A DNA stretch of 60,000 nucleotides from Squalus acanthias (Eukaryota), in NCBI GenBank assembly GCA_030390025.1, contig CM059432.1:93746001-93806000 (forward strand), given 5' to 3'. Shown piece after piece: positions 38,359 through 52,710 of this stretch (within the stretch, counting starts at the first letter, position 1; every line of letters starts with the position of its first letter). Under the pieces are notes generated by a model that was not told the origin of the DNA, did no database searches, and was given only the letters and a program-made list of their open reading frames with translations. A program made the position numbers and the translations under genes.

Positions 38359-39200
38359 GTCATGTTAACTGAAGTGTACTTTAGACATTTCTTAACTGTT
38401 CATTTTTTGGGTCTTTTGTTCGGCTGTTGTTTAGGTGCTTTTATGCCAATTGATCAGCAGCAAGAGGTGATCATAACTTACTTTGGTAGTTGATTAGTAT
38501 ATGCAGAGGCTCCAATTCCTAAAAGAAGCTGGGAAAGCAGACATAATAGCACCCCTACGGTACATGAAGTCCTGATTAACTGTAATGCAGCCCGATCACA
38601 CTATGTCATGCATTCAGTGGCATTGCATGACAGAAGCATGCCAGGGTGATCATCAATGCACCAATTGTGTCTCCAGGCAATGTTGCACCTTCCTGTTGAT
38701 AGCCATGAGGAACTGTCTTCACAAGATCTGGGTCTGCAGAGTGCCAGCGGCAGAGTTGTTCCATCTGTAGCTAGGAGACCTGCAGCTATAACAGTCAGCA
38801 CAGCCTGTGACAGTACTGGTTAGCTGCAGCCTCCTCCTTCCAGGCATGAAATGTTGATCTATGCAGATGGTGCCATGCAGTAAAGAGGGCAACCCTCCTC
38901 TTGCAGCACCACCTTTGCTTCATCAGTCAACAAGTGGGAGGAGGAGGTTAGCTGGGCTGCATTGTTACTTGCAGGAATGAATTCCCAAGCAATTTGGGTT
39001 TCCTTTCCCTTCACTTTTGCTGCTCAATTCCTAGTGGTCTCCCCCTTCAGCATCGACAAAATCTGCTACTGGGTCCTTTTAAGCCCTTTAGAATTTTTGT
39101 CATTCTGTTCTGACTCTCCCTTTTAGTTGCCTCCATCTTCCTAAAATTTAAATGTATTCACATTTTCTGTTCCCACCACAAGAACTTGCATTTATATAAT

Positions 39201-39925
39201 GGGCTGTATATTCCGATGCCTACGGGTGTGTACGGGCTGTGTACACACCCGTAGGGACATCGGAAATGCCGGTTTCAGGCATGCGAAGCGCATGCGCTGA
39301 AAACCGGTATTTCCGATCTGTCAAGAATGCTCTTGACAGATCGGACGCCTGCCCTGGAGAAGGGCCTCTGCGGGCGGATAGTTCCGCTTTCTGGAGAACC
39401 TCCGCCCGCTGAAAACCCATAGAAACCTTACGCCTGAGAAAAGCAGGCGTAAGGTCTGCTTATACCAGCATAAGAGTTGAAAAAAGTAAAATAGGAATTT
39501 TTTTTGACTCATTTCTAATTTAAAAATACTTTTAAAAAAAGGTAAGTTTATTTTTAGCCCCGTAAAAAACTTTAATTACTTTTTTCAAAATTAAATTTGT
39601 TTAAAATGTTTAATTTATTGTAATTTCAACTCATTTTAAAAATGTGATGGTTTTTTAAAAATGTATTTAATGTTTTACTGTGTTTTTGGGGTGATCTCCA
39701 TTCATATATTTGACAGGTCTATCTGTCAAGTGTATGAAGGGAGATTCCCTTCTCCTATTGGCTCCCCATGGCCCACTTGATCCCAGGGACGCTTGCGAAC
39801 CACATGCGCCTCGGATACATGGGCCCTGCGCATTGAGTTTGGAGAGGCCCAGGTAAGTCCATAGATTTTTTTTCCAGATCGGAGGCCTCTGCACGCAGGA
39901 AGCTCCGATCGGAAAATACGGGACA
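39201..39925. mobile_element. MITE inserted in an L2 tail
   Basis: Imperfect TIR gggctgtatattccgat / atcggaaaatacgggac; L2 tail sequence on both sides. Confidence 0.6.
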
Positions 39926-39929
39926 GTAT

Positions 39930-40455
39930 CTTTAATGTAGTAAAACATCCCAAGGTGCTTCACAGGAGCGTTATCAAATAAAATTTGACACCGCGCCACA
40001 TAAGGAAATATTAGGACAGGTGACCAAAAGCTTGATCAAAGTAGGTTTTAAGGAACATCCTAAAGGAGGAGAGGTAGAGAGGCAGAAAGGTTTAGGGAGG
40101 GAATTCCAGAGTTTAGGGCCTAGGGAGCGGAAGTTAAGGCCACCAATGGTGGAGCGAAGAAAATCAGGGATGTGCAAGAGGCCAGACTTGTAGGATAGCA
40201 GAGATTTTGGAGGCTTGACGGGCTGCGGGAGATTAGAGATAGGGAGGCACGAGGTCCTGGAGGGATTCGAAAACAAGGATGAGAATTTTAAAATCAAGGC
40301 ATTACCAGACCGAGAGCTAATGTAGGTCAGTGAGCACAGGGGTATTGGGTGAATGGGACTTGGTGCGAGTTATGATACAGGCAGCAGAGTTTTAGCCGAG
40401 TTCAAGTTTATGGAGGGTACAAGGTGGGAGACCGGCCAAGAGAGGATTGGAATGC
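39930..40455 (-). mobile_element. L2 LINE 3' fragment (related pieces at about 16230-16445 and 35098-35260)
   Basis: RSTIGGLNFRSLGPKLWNSLP; the related pieces end in a tataaatgcaagt tail on the minus strand. Confidence 0.75.
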
Positions 40456-40748
40456 TCTGTGCAGATATCCAAATCTGCACCTGAAGCTATGCAATGAGCT
40501 CACCTTGGAAAATTGCGCACTTTTTGAGTCTGCCTGAAACCCACTAACCGTTCTCGTCAAAACTGCACTTATATTAGAAAATTCCAGTGGCTAGGCAAGC
40601 TCTAATGGACTACATATTGATATAAAATCTCTTCGTATACTCTGCACTAAAAGCTAATGTAAACTTTGCAACAAAAAAATCCATGCAAAATTTGCTCCAT
40701 CTTAAGTATCCACACAAAATAGCTAACCCCCCCCCCCCCGCAAACTGC

Positions 40749-40773
40749 ATATATATATATATATATATATATA
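40749..40773. repeat. (AT)n microsatellite next to a C12 run
   Basis: Visible directly. Confidence 0.9.
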
Positions 40774-43700
40774 AATATTGGATAACAATAGCTTCTGTTT
40801 TAAAGACACAAAACATCTTAGGCTTGAGGCTGATCAAACAGTTAAGCTTTCCACTTATAAAAGGCTGATTTTTCTGACCCATTCCCCGGCACAAACATCA
40901 GGGGAAAAAGGGGTGCAGACCCATAATGCTCGGTCTCTGTCCCCTTTATGGTGCCTTGAGGAGGAGGGGATGTGGAGCTAGATTAGTATGATAGGAGGGG
41001 GTATTTCCACCTCTTTCTCCTGTTGCTGTTTCCATGGGACACCACAAGAAGCTAGTTGAGGGCATGTACTGGGATTTCCCTCAGGCTGGAGAATTTGGAG
41101 GGGGGAGGCTGCAAGCCGAAGAGGATCCCTCAAGTTGGAATACCAACTCTCAGGCCTACAGCTGCTCTCCTTAATCCTGTCCAGTTTTCCAGCGCTAGGC
41201 CCTGCAAGCATTCAGGCCTGCGCTAGGAGTGTCCCCAAGCTAAGTTAATGGCAGGTGGCATGAAGTCCAGTGCACTTCGGCTGTGATGCTCCTGTCCAGC
41301 ACTGGGGAAAGGAGAGTGGGGGCCAGGAAAATTGGCCACATGTTATCTCAAACCCTAGAAGCACCTCCTGTATGTGTTAAAGGGAGTGTATATATGAGAG
41401 AAAGAAAGAAATTGCAACATAGTTCCAGTGTGATGCTACATTTAAGCAATTAGTGGAATGAACAGCATTCTGAACAATTAAGTTCAGAGTTGATGGATTG
41501 GGAGTTACGGTCAGGTCTTATTATGTGGACCTTTAAGAAAATACATGTTTTGTGACTTCAGTTATATCTTTATATGTCCAGATCTTTCATTTCATTATTT
41601 TGTCTTACGATGGCTGTTTTTTATAGTTTATTTTTAAAGGAAGAAATGACTCGTATTTAAACAGTATCTTAACATGTTGCTCAGAAACTTCTCAAAACAC
41701 TTCACACAATGAATTATATTAAAGTGCAGTCATTGTTATTATGTAGGCAAACTGAAAATTAAATCGAGTAGTGTGAAACTTGGTCACACTGTACAGCTTG
41801 TAACAATTGAAGATAACTCTGAACGCAGTCATCGCACTACACTACATACACTGTAAAAATATTATACATGTACAGTATATGAACACACATGCCACTAAAT
41901 AGTCATGGGGTAGATCTTTGTGTGATAGTGTTAAATGGGTGATAGTGAGTCGGCAGCCCATTTCACATCTCTCCCTATTTTTATTTCCATTGTTAATGGG
42001 GGCTGAGCCGATAGCCAGTTTTACACCATCATCCAAAGGCGTAATTACCCACAACGTTTTACGAGTCAACCAGAATCACCGACTGAGATATTTGTTCCTA
42101 TCTTCCCCAAAAAGGAATTAAAAGGTATTCTTGTAACTTTACATGCATTAGAAATCATATTATAGTGGCTTCTTTTAGAGGATTTACACAGCATGACAAA
42201 CTAATATAGACAATAAATAAGGGAAATAGAAACAGCTGTGGTGGTGGTTGGGGGTATAAGACAGGTCAGAAATTAAGAGGATAAGCTGGCAAAATGAAAA
42301 TGAATCCAATAGCCTAGAAGGAAAACGCAGGCTGATACCAATGTCTGTTCTGTGTTAACTTGGAATTTTCTATGTTAAAACTGTTCCCTCTACAGACGCT
42401 GACCGATTTGCTCAGTGTTTTAACCATTTTTTGTTTTTATCCCTTATTAAACTGCGCTAACTTTTGCAAAAATACCATTGGTGAGTGTTAGGAATATGGC
42501 ATGTGCCAAATTAATATCAGGTCAGGTCAAGGAGTTACTGACAGTCCCTGTGGGATAGATGAATTTACATTTGTCTTTGCAGTCAGGAATTATGCTGGCC
42601 CAGCAAGGTCAATCAGCTCTGATTCGCATCACAAAAATGGTATAATTACCAATATCCCTGGGCTTAGAAATTAATTGACGCTGCACTCATTTTACAGGTG
42701 TCTAAGCCCTAAGTGTCCAATATGGCGGGTGGCATGCGTGTGCACATTCCACGTCAGAAGTGCGCTACCCGCCATATTAGTAAAGGCTGAAGAATAGGCA
42801 TCCAAGGCCCATGCCTGAAACAGGCGACAGTCCCTTTGCATAAGCAAATAGGAGTCTTAATGCCTGTTTCAGGACCCCCTTCTCGAAATTGGGCTGCCCT
42901 AATTGCAAACAGTGCCGGGCAACCAAGTCTACACGTGGCCTAACCAGTGGTTCTTCAAGGAACCGTTGGAGGCCACCACCAAAAAGATGAGTGTAATAAA
43001 AAAAATACTTATCTGAATGTGAAGCCGGGAGGAGCAGCAGTCCCGAAGACAATCACTGGGCCCTACCCAATCGCCTCTACCCCTCCCTGATTGTGCCCCC
43101 CTCCACCCACCCGATCGCCTTCAACCCTCCCAGAACCTACCTGAGGGCTGCAGTCGGCAGTGGCCCAAAATTTATATCTGCTTCGCTGGCAAGCTGCCTG
43201 GGGCGCGCAGAGGTAGTCCGCAGCACGTCTGTCAAATTTAAACAAGTCCCAATATTGGGTGCAACTCAGGCCTACCCATTCCAGTGCTGGGATTGATCCC
43301 TGTGCCCAGTTTGCGCCACCAAGCTGCTGTTATCCAATTTCACCCCCACGATGTCTGAAATGTACATTCTATTTCTATAAATGGTATTACAGTTTTGTGT
43401 TATTTTGAACAAAAAACTGTTGATTTTTAGATTAATGATGAAAGAGAAGGCAAGTTTGGTAACCAAGTATAGCATGTACACTGGGAAGCTTTTTAGGGAC
43501 TGCCATTTATTTTACAATATTGTGCTATCTAATATAAATGTATAGGAGCATATGCTGTACTTGAAACATCTATGCATGGTAATGTTTTACACTGAAGACA
43601 CACAAGCAATTTAAATAAATTATGAAAAAATCATTAAAATAAAAGCCATATTTATCATCAGTAATAGCTTAGTGGTTGAACTTTACACCGTTCTTTTGAG

Positions 43701-43884
43701 ACTCCCGCAGCTTTTCTAAACACACGGTGTACAATCGGGAAAACTGCCACAAAGTTCAGCTCCATAGTATTTATTAAGTGATTTTAAATAACATTTGACA
43801 TAATTATTCTAAAAGAATTTCTGAATATTTTAACAAAATACAATACTGCAGGTTAGGTTATCAAACAGAATACGACACAGCAGT

Positions 43885-45129
43885 GTGTTATGCCTTTACC
43901 ACTTTTATTTCACCATGAAGAAACATACATTCAACATTTATTACATTGCAGCAGAAAATTTGATGAAAGTATTGTACCCTACAGTTAGCTGTGTGGTCTT
44001 CTGTAAATCATAAATGCTTCATGATTTGAAAGCTTTCAATGGGGTTTGCTATTTTATGTTTAGTTTAAGGCTTTGCTCTGAATCTGGAGTCTACGCAGAG
44101 TGTTTAAAAAGAATCAATGCCGTCATAGTCAATGATGAAAAACAAGAAGTCACAGGTAGTAAACAGAGAGAATCCTTCTAGAGCAGACACATTCGCTAGC
44201 AACATAAACCGAGCAAAACAGGCTCAGTTTAAAAAGGAATACTGAAGTCTCTTCTAAGGGAAGTCAACATATACGACTAACGATGGACTACTCTACCTGG
44301 CCTTTTGGTTCCAATGTAAAAGAATGTGCTCATCTAACAAAACCAAATCAATCATTCAAGTAAAATATATATTTATATATATATTTCTTTAAAAAAAATC
44401 TGTTAGGTAACGTCAAATTATGCTGACAAAGCACAAGATGCAGCAAAACAACTTGTTCTAAACTGTTTAAGGTTATTCATGTTTTCACAGGCATTACCAT
44501 TGTATATCAAGGTTTCCAGTTATAAGCTTCAACTTGCTTAGTATGATAATAGATATGGGCTTACATCATTGGCACATCTACTGTAAGGTATGACATAATC
44601 CCTCAATACAATTAACATTTTTCACCAGCTTTGGGGTGAAAGTTACTTGTTTATAAATGAAACCAGGTACAATTAAAATGAATTACTGCCAACTTAATAT
44701 CTCGCTCAGCTATAGTTTTTTTTAAACTGGCAAAGGCAGGATTTTCCCTCTGTTTCGTTTAAAACATTAGTGTTCCAATGTATCCTTTGCTGTTTGAACG
44801 TGCTGATAAAATGATAACTTAAGAGAAGTGGACGCTTTACTATATGGATTTGGAAAATGCTTTTCTCTTTATTCCTTTTATGACAAAGGTTTATTCTAAT
44901 CATGCAATATTCATCTGCCGTTTGGATATGCTGGAATGAGAAGGTTTTTTGCCAATGTTCTTATTTAGTGAGAGGGTCCTCATACAACGTGCTCCAGTAT
45001 GCTTGACGTGAAAGGTCATTAGTGGATGGATTCAGGACAAATGAAGTCATGTATATGACTCCATTTAGACTTCAAAATCATTCCTAATGATGTGTATGCA
45101 TTACTTCTTTTGTGAAGATGTGGTTACTC
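43885..45129 (-). other. EPB41L3: Probable EPB41L3 terminal non-coding (3'UTR) exon
   Basis: Acceptor ttcattttccttcccag| at 45130; repeat-poor AT-rich sequence; minus-strand AATAAA at 43937-43942 and 43904-43909 followed by a GT-rich tract. 3' end approximate. Confidence 0.65.
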
Positions 45130-48100
45130 CTGGGAAGGAAAATGAAACAAGAAGCCCATTAATCACTCCAGTTAATCTGTTTCATTATCAATAGCTTAGC
45201 AGACAAGCATAAAAATGCAGAGACTATGCAATATTTGTTTACAATGTTAATAAATTATATTTTTATTAGAGTTGTTAAGTACAGTTTAAAAATTACAAAT
45301 ATATTGCAAATCCTATCTTGTGTTTACAGTTTGATAGAATAGAAAGATGTGAAAACAGAACTAGAACCGAGCGTGCGGCCGATGCATCTCATTTAAAAGA
45401 GAAACAGAAAATGCAAACTTCCGAAAAGGTCCATAACAGCAAAATGCAGTGTTCAATTATTAGGCAGCCACATAAATAAAAAAAATAAAAAAATATATAT
45501 ATTTTTTAAAAAAGCAAAAGGTTGCAATTTACTTTTAAAACGACGCTCAAAGTTAAATATATTTATGCAATGATAGTATTTTACAGTATTGGATTAAAAT
45601 AATGCAATCCAACATGTGATGTTACTGTATGATGAGTTTTTAGGTGAACCAACAGTTTGTCTCTTTCGGTACACTGAATGGTTGACATGGTTTTAAAAAT
45701 ATCGGCATCTTCTCTACTATCTGGACAGATGTTTTTTCAGGAAAATGTTATTTATATTGGCCCGTAATTTGCTGGAGCAGCGCATTTGGCCACAAATGTT
45801 ATTAGTTAGACCGTTGTGTACCCCGATCCTTCAGTGGCGAATTTATATCCAAATTTGCTGGAGAACTCATTCTCACAGCAAGGACAGTGGTGATTCAGAA
45901 GCGCCACAGCCAATGGCCAATGCACTAATCCCACAACGGTAATGGATAAAAAGTTAAGATGCAGCAGCAATCTCCAGCTAGGATACCATGCTGCATTAAA
46001 TTAATTATTTGAGCATTTATCCAAAGTTCAATATTAAATATTAAAGCATAAGTGATTAAAAAGAGCTGGCTGATCGATGATCTGCTGTGAACTGCAAGAG
46101 TCCTATCAGAAAGGGCGACCAGGAAGTACCCAAGAGATACATGGCGACCTACCATCAAATTCATTTAAAATCCTGTGTTCCCCGAGAGGGTGAATGAACC
46201 ATTAAGCTAAAACAACTATAGTTGGCTTTTAAAAAGTTATTGTCAAAACTCCTGATATTAGCAATGGGTAAACATTCTGCTTCAGGTTGTGCAGCGTCTT
46301 CAACAACAGGGTTTTAGATCGGCTCTGCTATCTGCACATACACGTCTCAATTTCTGTTTATTCTACTAACTGTAATTGCTGTTCAGTTAATTTAACACTT
46401 ACTGAGCCAGTGCCTTTTCCAGCTTGTTGAAATTCTCCAATTAAAGTGCAGTTATCTTCCTTCAGTACAAATTCAGTACTGCTGCACTGTTCTGGCCAAT
46501 CTAAATGGCAGTGGGGAACAAAGCGCAGGGGGGTTTGATTGGGGGGGGGGAGAAACTATAATGGGATTCTTGCTATTTTGTGGAGGGTCACAGCAGAGGG
46601 GGCCAGGAAATTTTAGTGTGGTGCAAGGAACAGCTTGATTCACCTATGCCACAATTTCTTAGAAAATCTGTGTTGTAGTCATGGCGTACGTTGCAGGTAC
46701 ACCATTGCTGTGGCGCAAGTTATAGCCCTATATAAATCAATGTTGAACCTGGGTGGCCTGTTTTCTAAATATACTTTTTGAATAAACTTAATTTTGATAG
46801 TTATCTTTTTGATTTTGATCCTGAAATAATGACAAGAACTCTCATAATAATGATCTTCAGTTTGTGTGAAGATTTAAATGAATCAAGCGTGTGAGTTTTT
46901 ATAGAAGTATTTCACACAGTGAAGCTAGGAATAAAGAATTTTTAAAATAACACTAAGTGAAAAGATCATACAATTTCCATACCTTGAAATTTTTTTTTTT
47001 TATAAAAGCGTTGCTGGGATTTAACCACTGGTTTCTCAGAGCATTTCCCCCAAAATAAATAAGGTCAAGGAACATGGGCTTAATACGGTAAGGTTTTATT
47101 CCCAGACAAAAAAACAAAATGGTTATGGCATAAAAATGATATGATTTAGCACATGCAAAAGCACAGTAGGAAGACATACACCAGTGAAATCATGGCGGGT
47201 GGAATCGCGGTTTCTTCAAATAACCAGAAGCAGGCACACAAATCACTCTCTAACCCATAGTTTCCTGTATTATACAGTGTTTATAAGTCAATGACCTCCC
47301 TTCCAAGCTCTTCATACTATTGCTAACAAATCATATTGTATGAAGAATTTTTCCTTTAACTTGTATACTGCTTGCTATCACGTATTCTCCTCCATCCTCA
47401 AATTGAGAGGACATGACAAGATAGACCAGTACAAACTGTAGACATATTCAGAGTGACAATTAATACTACTCAATACTATTCCGCAACTGACTAAGTGCAA
47501 TTCAAGTTTAACCTGCAACCTCCCCTGAACCTCCTCAGAGCTAAATCCTTTACATAGTTTACATGTGGCATTCTGTCTAGAAGTCTTCCTGGGAACTGTT
47601 AAACCTCACTCAACTAACTGTCAAGTTTAAATGACCAGTAGCCCTGGGCTTTACTTTACAGTTCAGTCAATACTCAGGTATTTGTGGTATGAGTAATGTA
47701 TTACTGAACTGTTTGGCTATTAGGAAACAAAATAAGACTGTATTGGATCAGCGTCAAATAATTTCATTTTCTTGTACATGCTGGGCCCAGTTTGATTGAT
47801 AACCATACAATAGAAGGCAATAGTGCGAGCATTAGATCATAACTGTATCTATATTGGAAAATAAAGCATGTGATGAGAAAAGGCCATTTGGTCCACCAAG
47901 CCATTTCCACAGACTACAATATACCTCACCATATACTCTATCCCATCCATTTAATCTCTTGAAGGAAAGTTCTGCATAAATACTTCCTGATCCAGGAAGT
48001 AATCCAGTAAATAACAGAGGACCAGTACAGATCTGGTACCAATACATCTAGCTAACTGCACTAGTGCAGATTTGTTCTTCATAGTCAACTAACATTATGT

Positions 48101-48328
48101 GCATTGTTCATTTCAATATTCACAATATTTTAATGCAGATAAATTATATATTTAAGTAAACATTATATCCCATTACTTGTAACTGTTAGCAGAGCATCCC
48201 AAAGCACTTGCCTATGGGTTATAGAGTTAAAAGCTGCAAATTAAAATCAAAGGTGTGAGGAGTGCGCTAAAGGTACTGCACAGCAGCTTGTAAAATACCA
48301 GGCGGATGCTGTTTGTTCTTACCTGCGG

Positions 48329-48439
48329 TCAATCATCTCCGTCTTCCGGTGTGATCTCTGTCTCTTTGTGTACCACTACTTTGGTCACAGACATATCAGG
48401 GTGCTGCTCTTTGGCCTCTTTAATTGCCTGAGCCAGGGC
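48329..48439 (-). CDS. EPB41L3: EPB41L3 last coding exon [36 protein letters not shown]
   Basis: Acceptor at 48440-48441, TGA at 48329-48331, donor CAG|GTAAG 6 nt after the stop (exon ends 48323). The ETEITPEDG ending and adjacency to ZBTB14 indicate paralogue L3. Confidence 0.95.
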   Translation of the reverse strand, partial: ALAQAIKEAKEQHPDMSVTKVVVHKETEITPEDGDD

Positions 48440-49124
48440 CTAACCCAAAGAAAGCCCCCGAGGTATAAAAACAGTAGGTGGGACATGCATGATCAGAAGC
48501 AGGATGGAGAATTATGATTTTTTTTTCTCAATTACTTTATTGATGGAAATGATTAAAAGAAAATTTTAAAATTTCTACTAGAAGGAGCAGTACGTCATAC
48601 ATTTGTATGCTAAATGTATATATTTTCAACTTGACCTCATCCCTCGAGGGTGTGGATTTTGTTTTTGTTCAATATTGATATAGGGCAGTGGACTGTTCAA
48701 CCAGTTAGTTCCACCAGCTTCTGTGCTCACTGTGGCACAACAGGTAAGCTTGTGGCCTCAGTCGCAGGACTCTGCCTTGGCAGTGGCATTAGGTCAGTGT
48801 AGCTGGAGCTGCCCCCAAACTGCAGCTAAGGCTCATGAGTCGATTTAAAAAAGTGAATTTTGAAAGTAATTTCTTTATTATGTTCATGGTTTTAGTCACA
48901 AACTCATTCTGTTAAATGAATCTACCAACAGAGGTACCATGCTATGACATACAGCTCCTTTAACCTGAAATGCAGTTGCTGAATTAAATTACAAAACATG
49001 CAGATTTTAATTTCTTCTGGCGAGTAGAGTTTCCGAACACTACATTTGTCTTTTAAATATATAAGCCATTTTTACTTAACAACTCATTTAGATGCAGTGC
49101 GTCCACAGTTAAGTGTTAACGTAC

Positions 49125-49205
49125 CTGATCATGGTCAATGTCAGCATCTCCTGTAATAACAATTCGTTTCTCAATGCGTGTTTCTGAAACTCCTCCTTTC
49201 ACAGT
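49125..49205 (-). CDS. EPB41L3: EPB41L3 coding exon TVKGGVSETRIEKRIVITGDADIDHDQ
   Basis: 81 nt, AG/GT boundaries, highly conserved 4.1 C-terminal domain. Confidence 0.96.
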
Positions 49206-49334
49206 CTATAAACAGGAAGTTGAATACAGTTAGTCACTTCAAGTTTAGATAAACTCATATTACAACTAGCTTACTGGGTAAATTTACTGGCTGGTTTTGT
49301 ACAAAGTCATCGGATCCAGGTTCTAGTGTGCGCT

Positions 49335-50352
49335 AAATTAGGGTTGAATAACTCCAATATTCTTCCTACAGTTGGGGTGTCCAGTACTGCATGCAATACT
49401 CCACTGTAGCCTAACCAATGTCTTGTACAAATTCAACATCACTTCCTTCAAAGCCCCTATGCATAAAACCAAAAATCCCATTTGCCTTTTTAATGGCCTT
49501 TTCCACCTGCACTTCTACTTTTCAAAGGTCTGTGTATCAGCATGACTAGATTGCCCCAGCCCTCCATTCTGTAAAGAGTCTTACCATTTAGGGTTTACTT
49601 CCTTTCAATGTAATTATTTCCAAGATGTAAAAAGTCACTGATTTGCCCACTCCGCTCACCTGTCTTTGTCCTTCAGCAATCTTACTTAGAGTTTACCATG
49701 ACTCCTAATTTGCTATCAGCAAACTTCAAAATCATTCCTCTTGTGCCAATGCCCAAATCATTTATATAAATTGAAAACAAAAGAATTCCCAGCACAGATC
49801 CCTGCGGAACTTCACTAACCATATCCTGCCAAAACATCCAGTTAGCCTTAATCTTTGCTCCCTGTTCTCGACATCTCTCTTTCCATGCAACTATGCTACC
49901 TTTAATACCGAGTCCCTTAAGTGGCACCTTATGAAATACATTCTAAAAAACCATAAAACACAACATCCACCACATTCCCTTATCAATACACTTTGTGATT
50001 TCCTCCAAAACTTCAATTTGTCAAGCACGACCTGCACTTTACAAATCCATGCTGACTGTTCCTGATTAGCGCCATGCTGTTCTAAGTGTTGACTAATTTT
50101 ATCTCGCATTATAGATTCTAGTTTATCCACAACTGAGATAAAACTAAGTGGCTTATAATTTCCTGGCTCATCATTTTCCCTTTTTTGAGGGGTGTAACAT
50201 TTACCTTTCTCCAATTGCTTGGCACAATTCCTGTTTCCAAAATTTTTTGGAAAATTATGGTTAGTGCCTCTGCTATCTCCTTCCCAAATCTCTTCAGCAT
50301 TCTGAGATGCATACCTTCTGGCCTTGGTTATTTTTCTACCTTCAAGTTCCAT
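49335..50352 (-). mobile_element. Degenerate CR1 LINE
   Basis: [25 protein letters not shown] in shifted frames. Confidence 0.85.
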
Positions 50353-51003
50353 TATTTTTTTCTAAATAGAGAATATTCTTTTGAATACTTATCTCTAGTA
50401 CTAGCTCTTCTACTCCTCAGCTATTCCAAGGGGCAGATTTTAAGTCACTCCACTGTGTGGAAACGGGCAGCAGTGGCCCAAATATTACTCTGCTGTACTT
50501 ATTGCCCCATTTCTGTCGGCTGCCAATTTTCTGGAGGTGTCTACATGGGCGGCCAAGGCACCCATCTGCTTCAGGTGAAAGTTTCATTCCAATAAGCTAA
50601 TTGGGGTCCTATGACTTATATGGGACCCCAAGGCAACGTACGCTTCACCCATGGCACTAGGCATCAGTTCTCAAAGGGACTGCTGCAGCCCTCTCATGAA
50701 AAAGCTAAGTTTTTTTTTTACTTTGATTTTTGTGGGACCAGGTGGAGCCACCAGAATTCCCACTCCCCCGACTGGTGAGCTGCTTCTGCCTTCCTGAACA
50801 ACACTCGCCGCTCACTGGGGTTATGGTGATCAGGCCCAGCCATCAAAATCACTTGGGCATTATGGTGATGACATCAGGCAGGTAGTACAATCACACCACT
50901 TGCCTGACATCTGCCGTGTCTAAAAACAACTCCCTATAATTCCACTGTCGGCCTATAAAAAGCAGCAAAATGAATTTTAAAAATATACTGACCACTTCCA
51001 AGG

Positions 51004-51005
<2 letters not shown>

Positions 51006-51036
<31 letters not shown>
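51006..51036. repeat. (GT)n microsatellite
   Basis: Visible directly. Confidence 0.95.
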
Positions 51037-51038
<2 letters not shown>

Positions 51039-51416
51039 GTCAAAAATGAAGTGAAAGAAAACCGGCACAAAATGGAGTCTCTGGGTAAGCAGTGGAGCGG
51101 CAGAGTTTTGTTTGATAGTTTGAGATGTATGTGCCGCATGAGATTGGTGTGAGGAGGGTTGTCCTATTTAGCACTTCAGGGCAACCTTCCCAGAGGATGG
51201 TAGTGGATCATTCCTGGCAACAGATGATCACCAGATTCAATGCTGTGTACACTACCTGCAGGACTTGAGAACAGATGCACAAGATAATGGCACATTTTAA
51301 AGTGTGCAGATACACTGCTTTTTAAAGATGGCAGCACGATTGGATAAGGGCTTTAAAAGAAGCAAGTGGGATCCTTGGTTTTGTATCTAGAAACATAGAA
51401 TACAAAAATGAAGAGG

Positions 51417-52275
51417 TATCATATTTCTGGATTTTTTGATCATTTTAATTTTGAGATTGCTTTAAAGGGGTTAAATTCACTGGACAACGTGATTCGTAGG
51501 TGTGTATTGAGTTTCAGACGGGCATCCAAAATGAGCTCCCTGAAGATAATGAGGGAGAGTTTGACATTCCAGCAACTGTTCACACTCATTGCTGCTGTGG
51601 TAATCCTATACATTTTAACTAAGCAGTTAGGCTAGTGGACTCTGCTCAGCGGGAGGGGATGTGGGTAGTCAGTTTAACGGCTGACACTGCAAACAGGCTT
51701 TTAAATAAAGCAGAACACAGACACCAAGGAAGGTAGTCTGGTTTTTGGAACAGGGCTTCACGAGCAGTCAGACAGCAAAAGGAGAGTGGTTCTGCCCCGG
51801 GAGTATAGGACAGAATGCAGAGAGACTATTCTGTTTCAGTCAGACAACCCAAAAAGTGACATAGCGTTACATGTTCTTTTATCATTACGCAAACGTAAGA
51901 TGTATTGATTGAACAAAGCAACTCTGATTATACTTTTTAGTCAGTACATTTTACCTTAGTGTGGGATAAAGCAGTTTACAAATTGAACCAATTTATGCCT
52001 CATCTAGCGTTAACTCAGTCTGCGGTCATAGAGATTGAAGAAATACACATCCGTAAGACACAGCGATCCGATCCAGATCTTTATTGTTATACAGTACTGG
52101 GACCAAAGAGTGTAATTAGATATAGAGCAGTGTAAGTTTGGATCTTCTGTAGATACTTCCTCGGGTTCAGTGGTGTCAGTTGCTCCTGTAAGTGGCCTGA
52201 CCACCCATAAAGTAAGAAGCTCAGATCAATTTCGGGAGCAATTGACACCACTGAAATCAAGAAGTTATCGTAACA
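51417..52275. mobile_element. About 860-bp LTR-like insertion splitting a CR1 fragment
   Basis: CR1 sequence stops near 51416 and resumes near 52276; insert ends gtaaca; TSD degenerate. Confidence 0.4.
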
Positions 52276-52700
52276 GAAGGCAATGTTGAACTTGTATAAG
52301 TCCTTAGTTAAGCTGCAGTTTGAGTATGTTGTACAGTTTTGGGCACCTCATTATAGGAAGGATGTAAAATGGAAAAAAATGCAGTGCAGATTCACAGGAT
52401 GTTACAAGGAGTTACAGTTATGATGACTGACTTTGAAAGTTAGGACTTTTTCCATTAGAGCTTTGAAAGTTAAAGGATAATCTACTAGAGGATGTCAAGA
52501 TTATGAAGGATTACAATAGGATAAATAGATTGTTTCCACTGGTCGATGAGATGACACAATTGTAAGATAATCACAAAGAACTAAGGAGAGTTTAGAAAAC
52601 ATTTCTTTACAGAAGATGGTTAAAAAGTAGAATTCCTGGCCACAAACAGTTGTTGAAGCAGAATCTGGTAAGTTATGATTAACTGACAGTACCATGTATT
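52276..52700 (+). mobile_element. Degenerate CR1 3' fragment (continues from about 51340-51416)
   Basis: LYKSLVKLQFEYVVQFWAPHYRKD-like sequence. Confidence 0.7.
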
Positions 52701-52710
52701 GGGTAGATAG

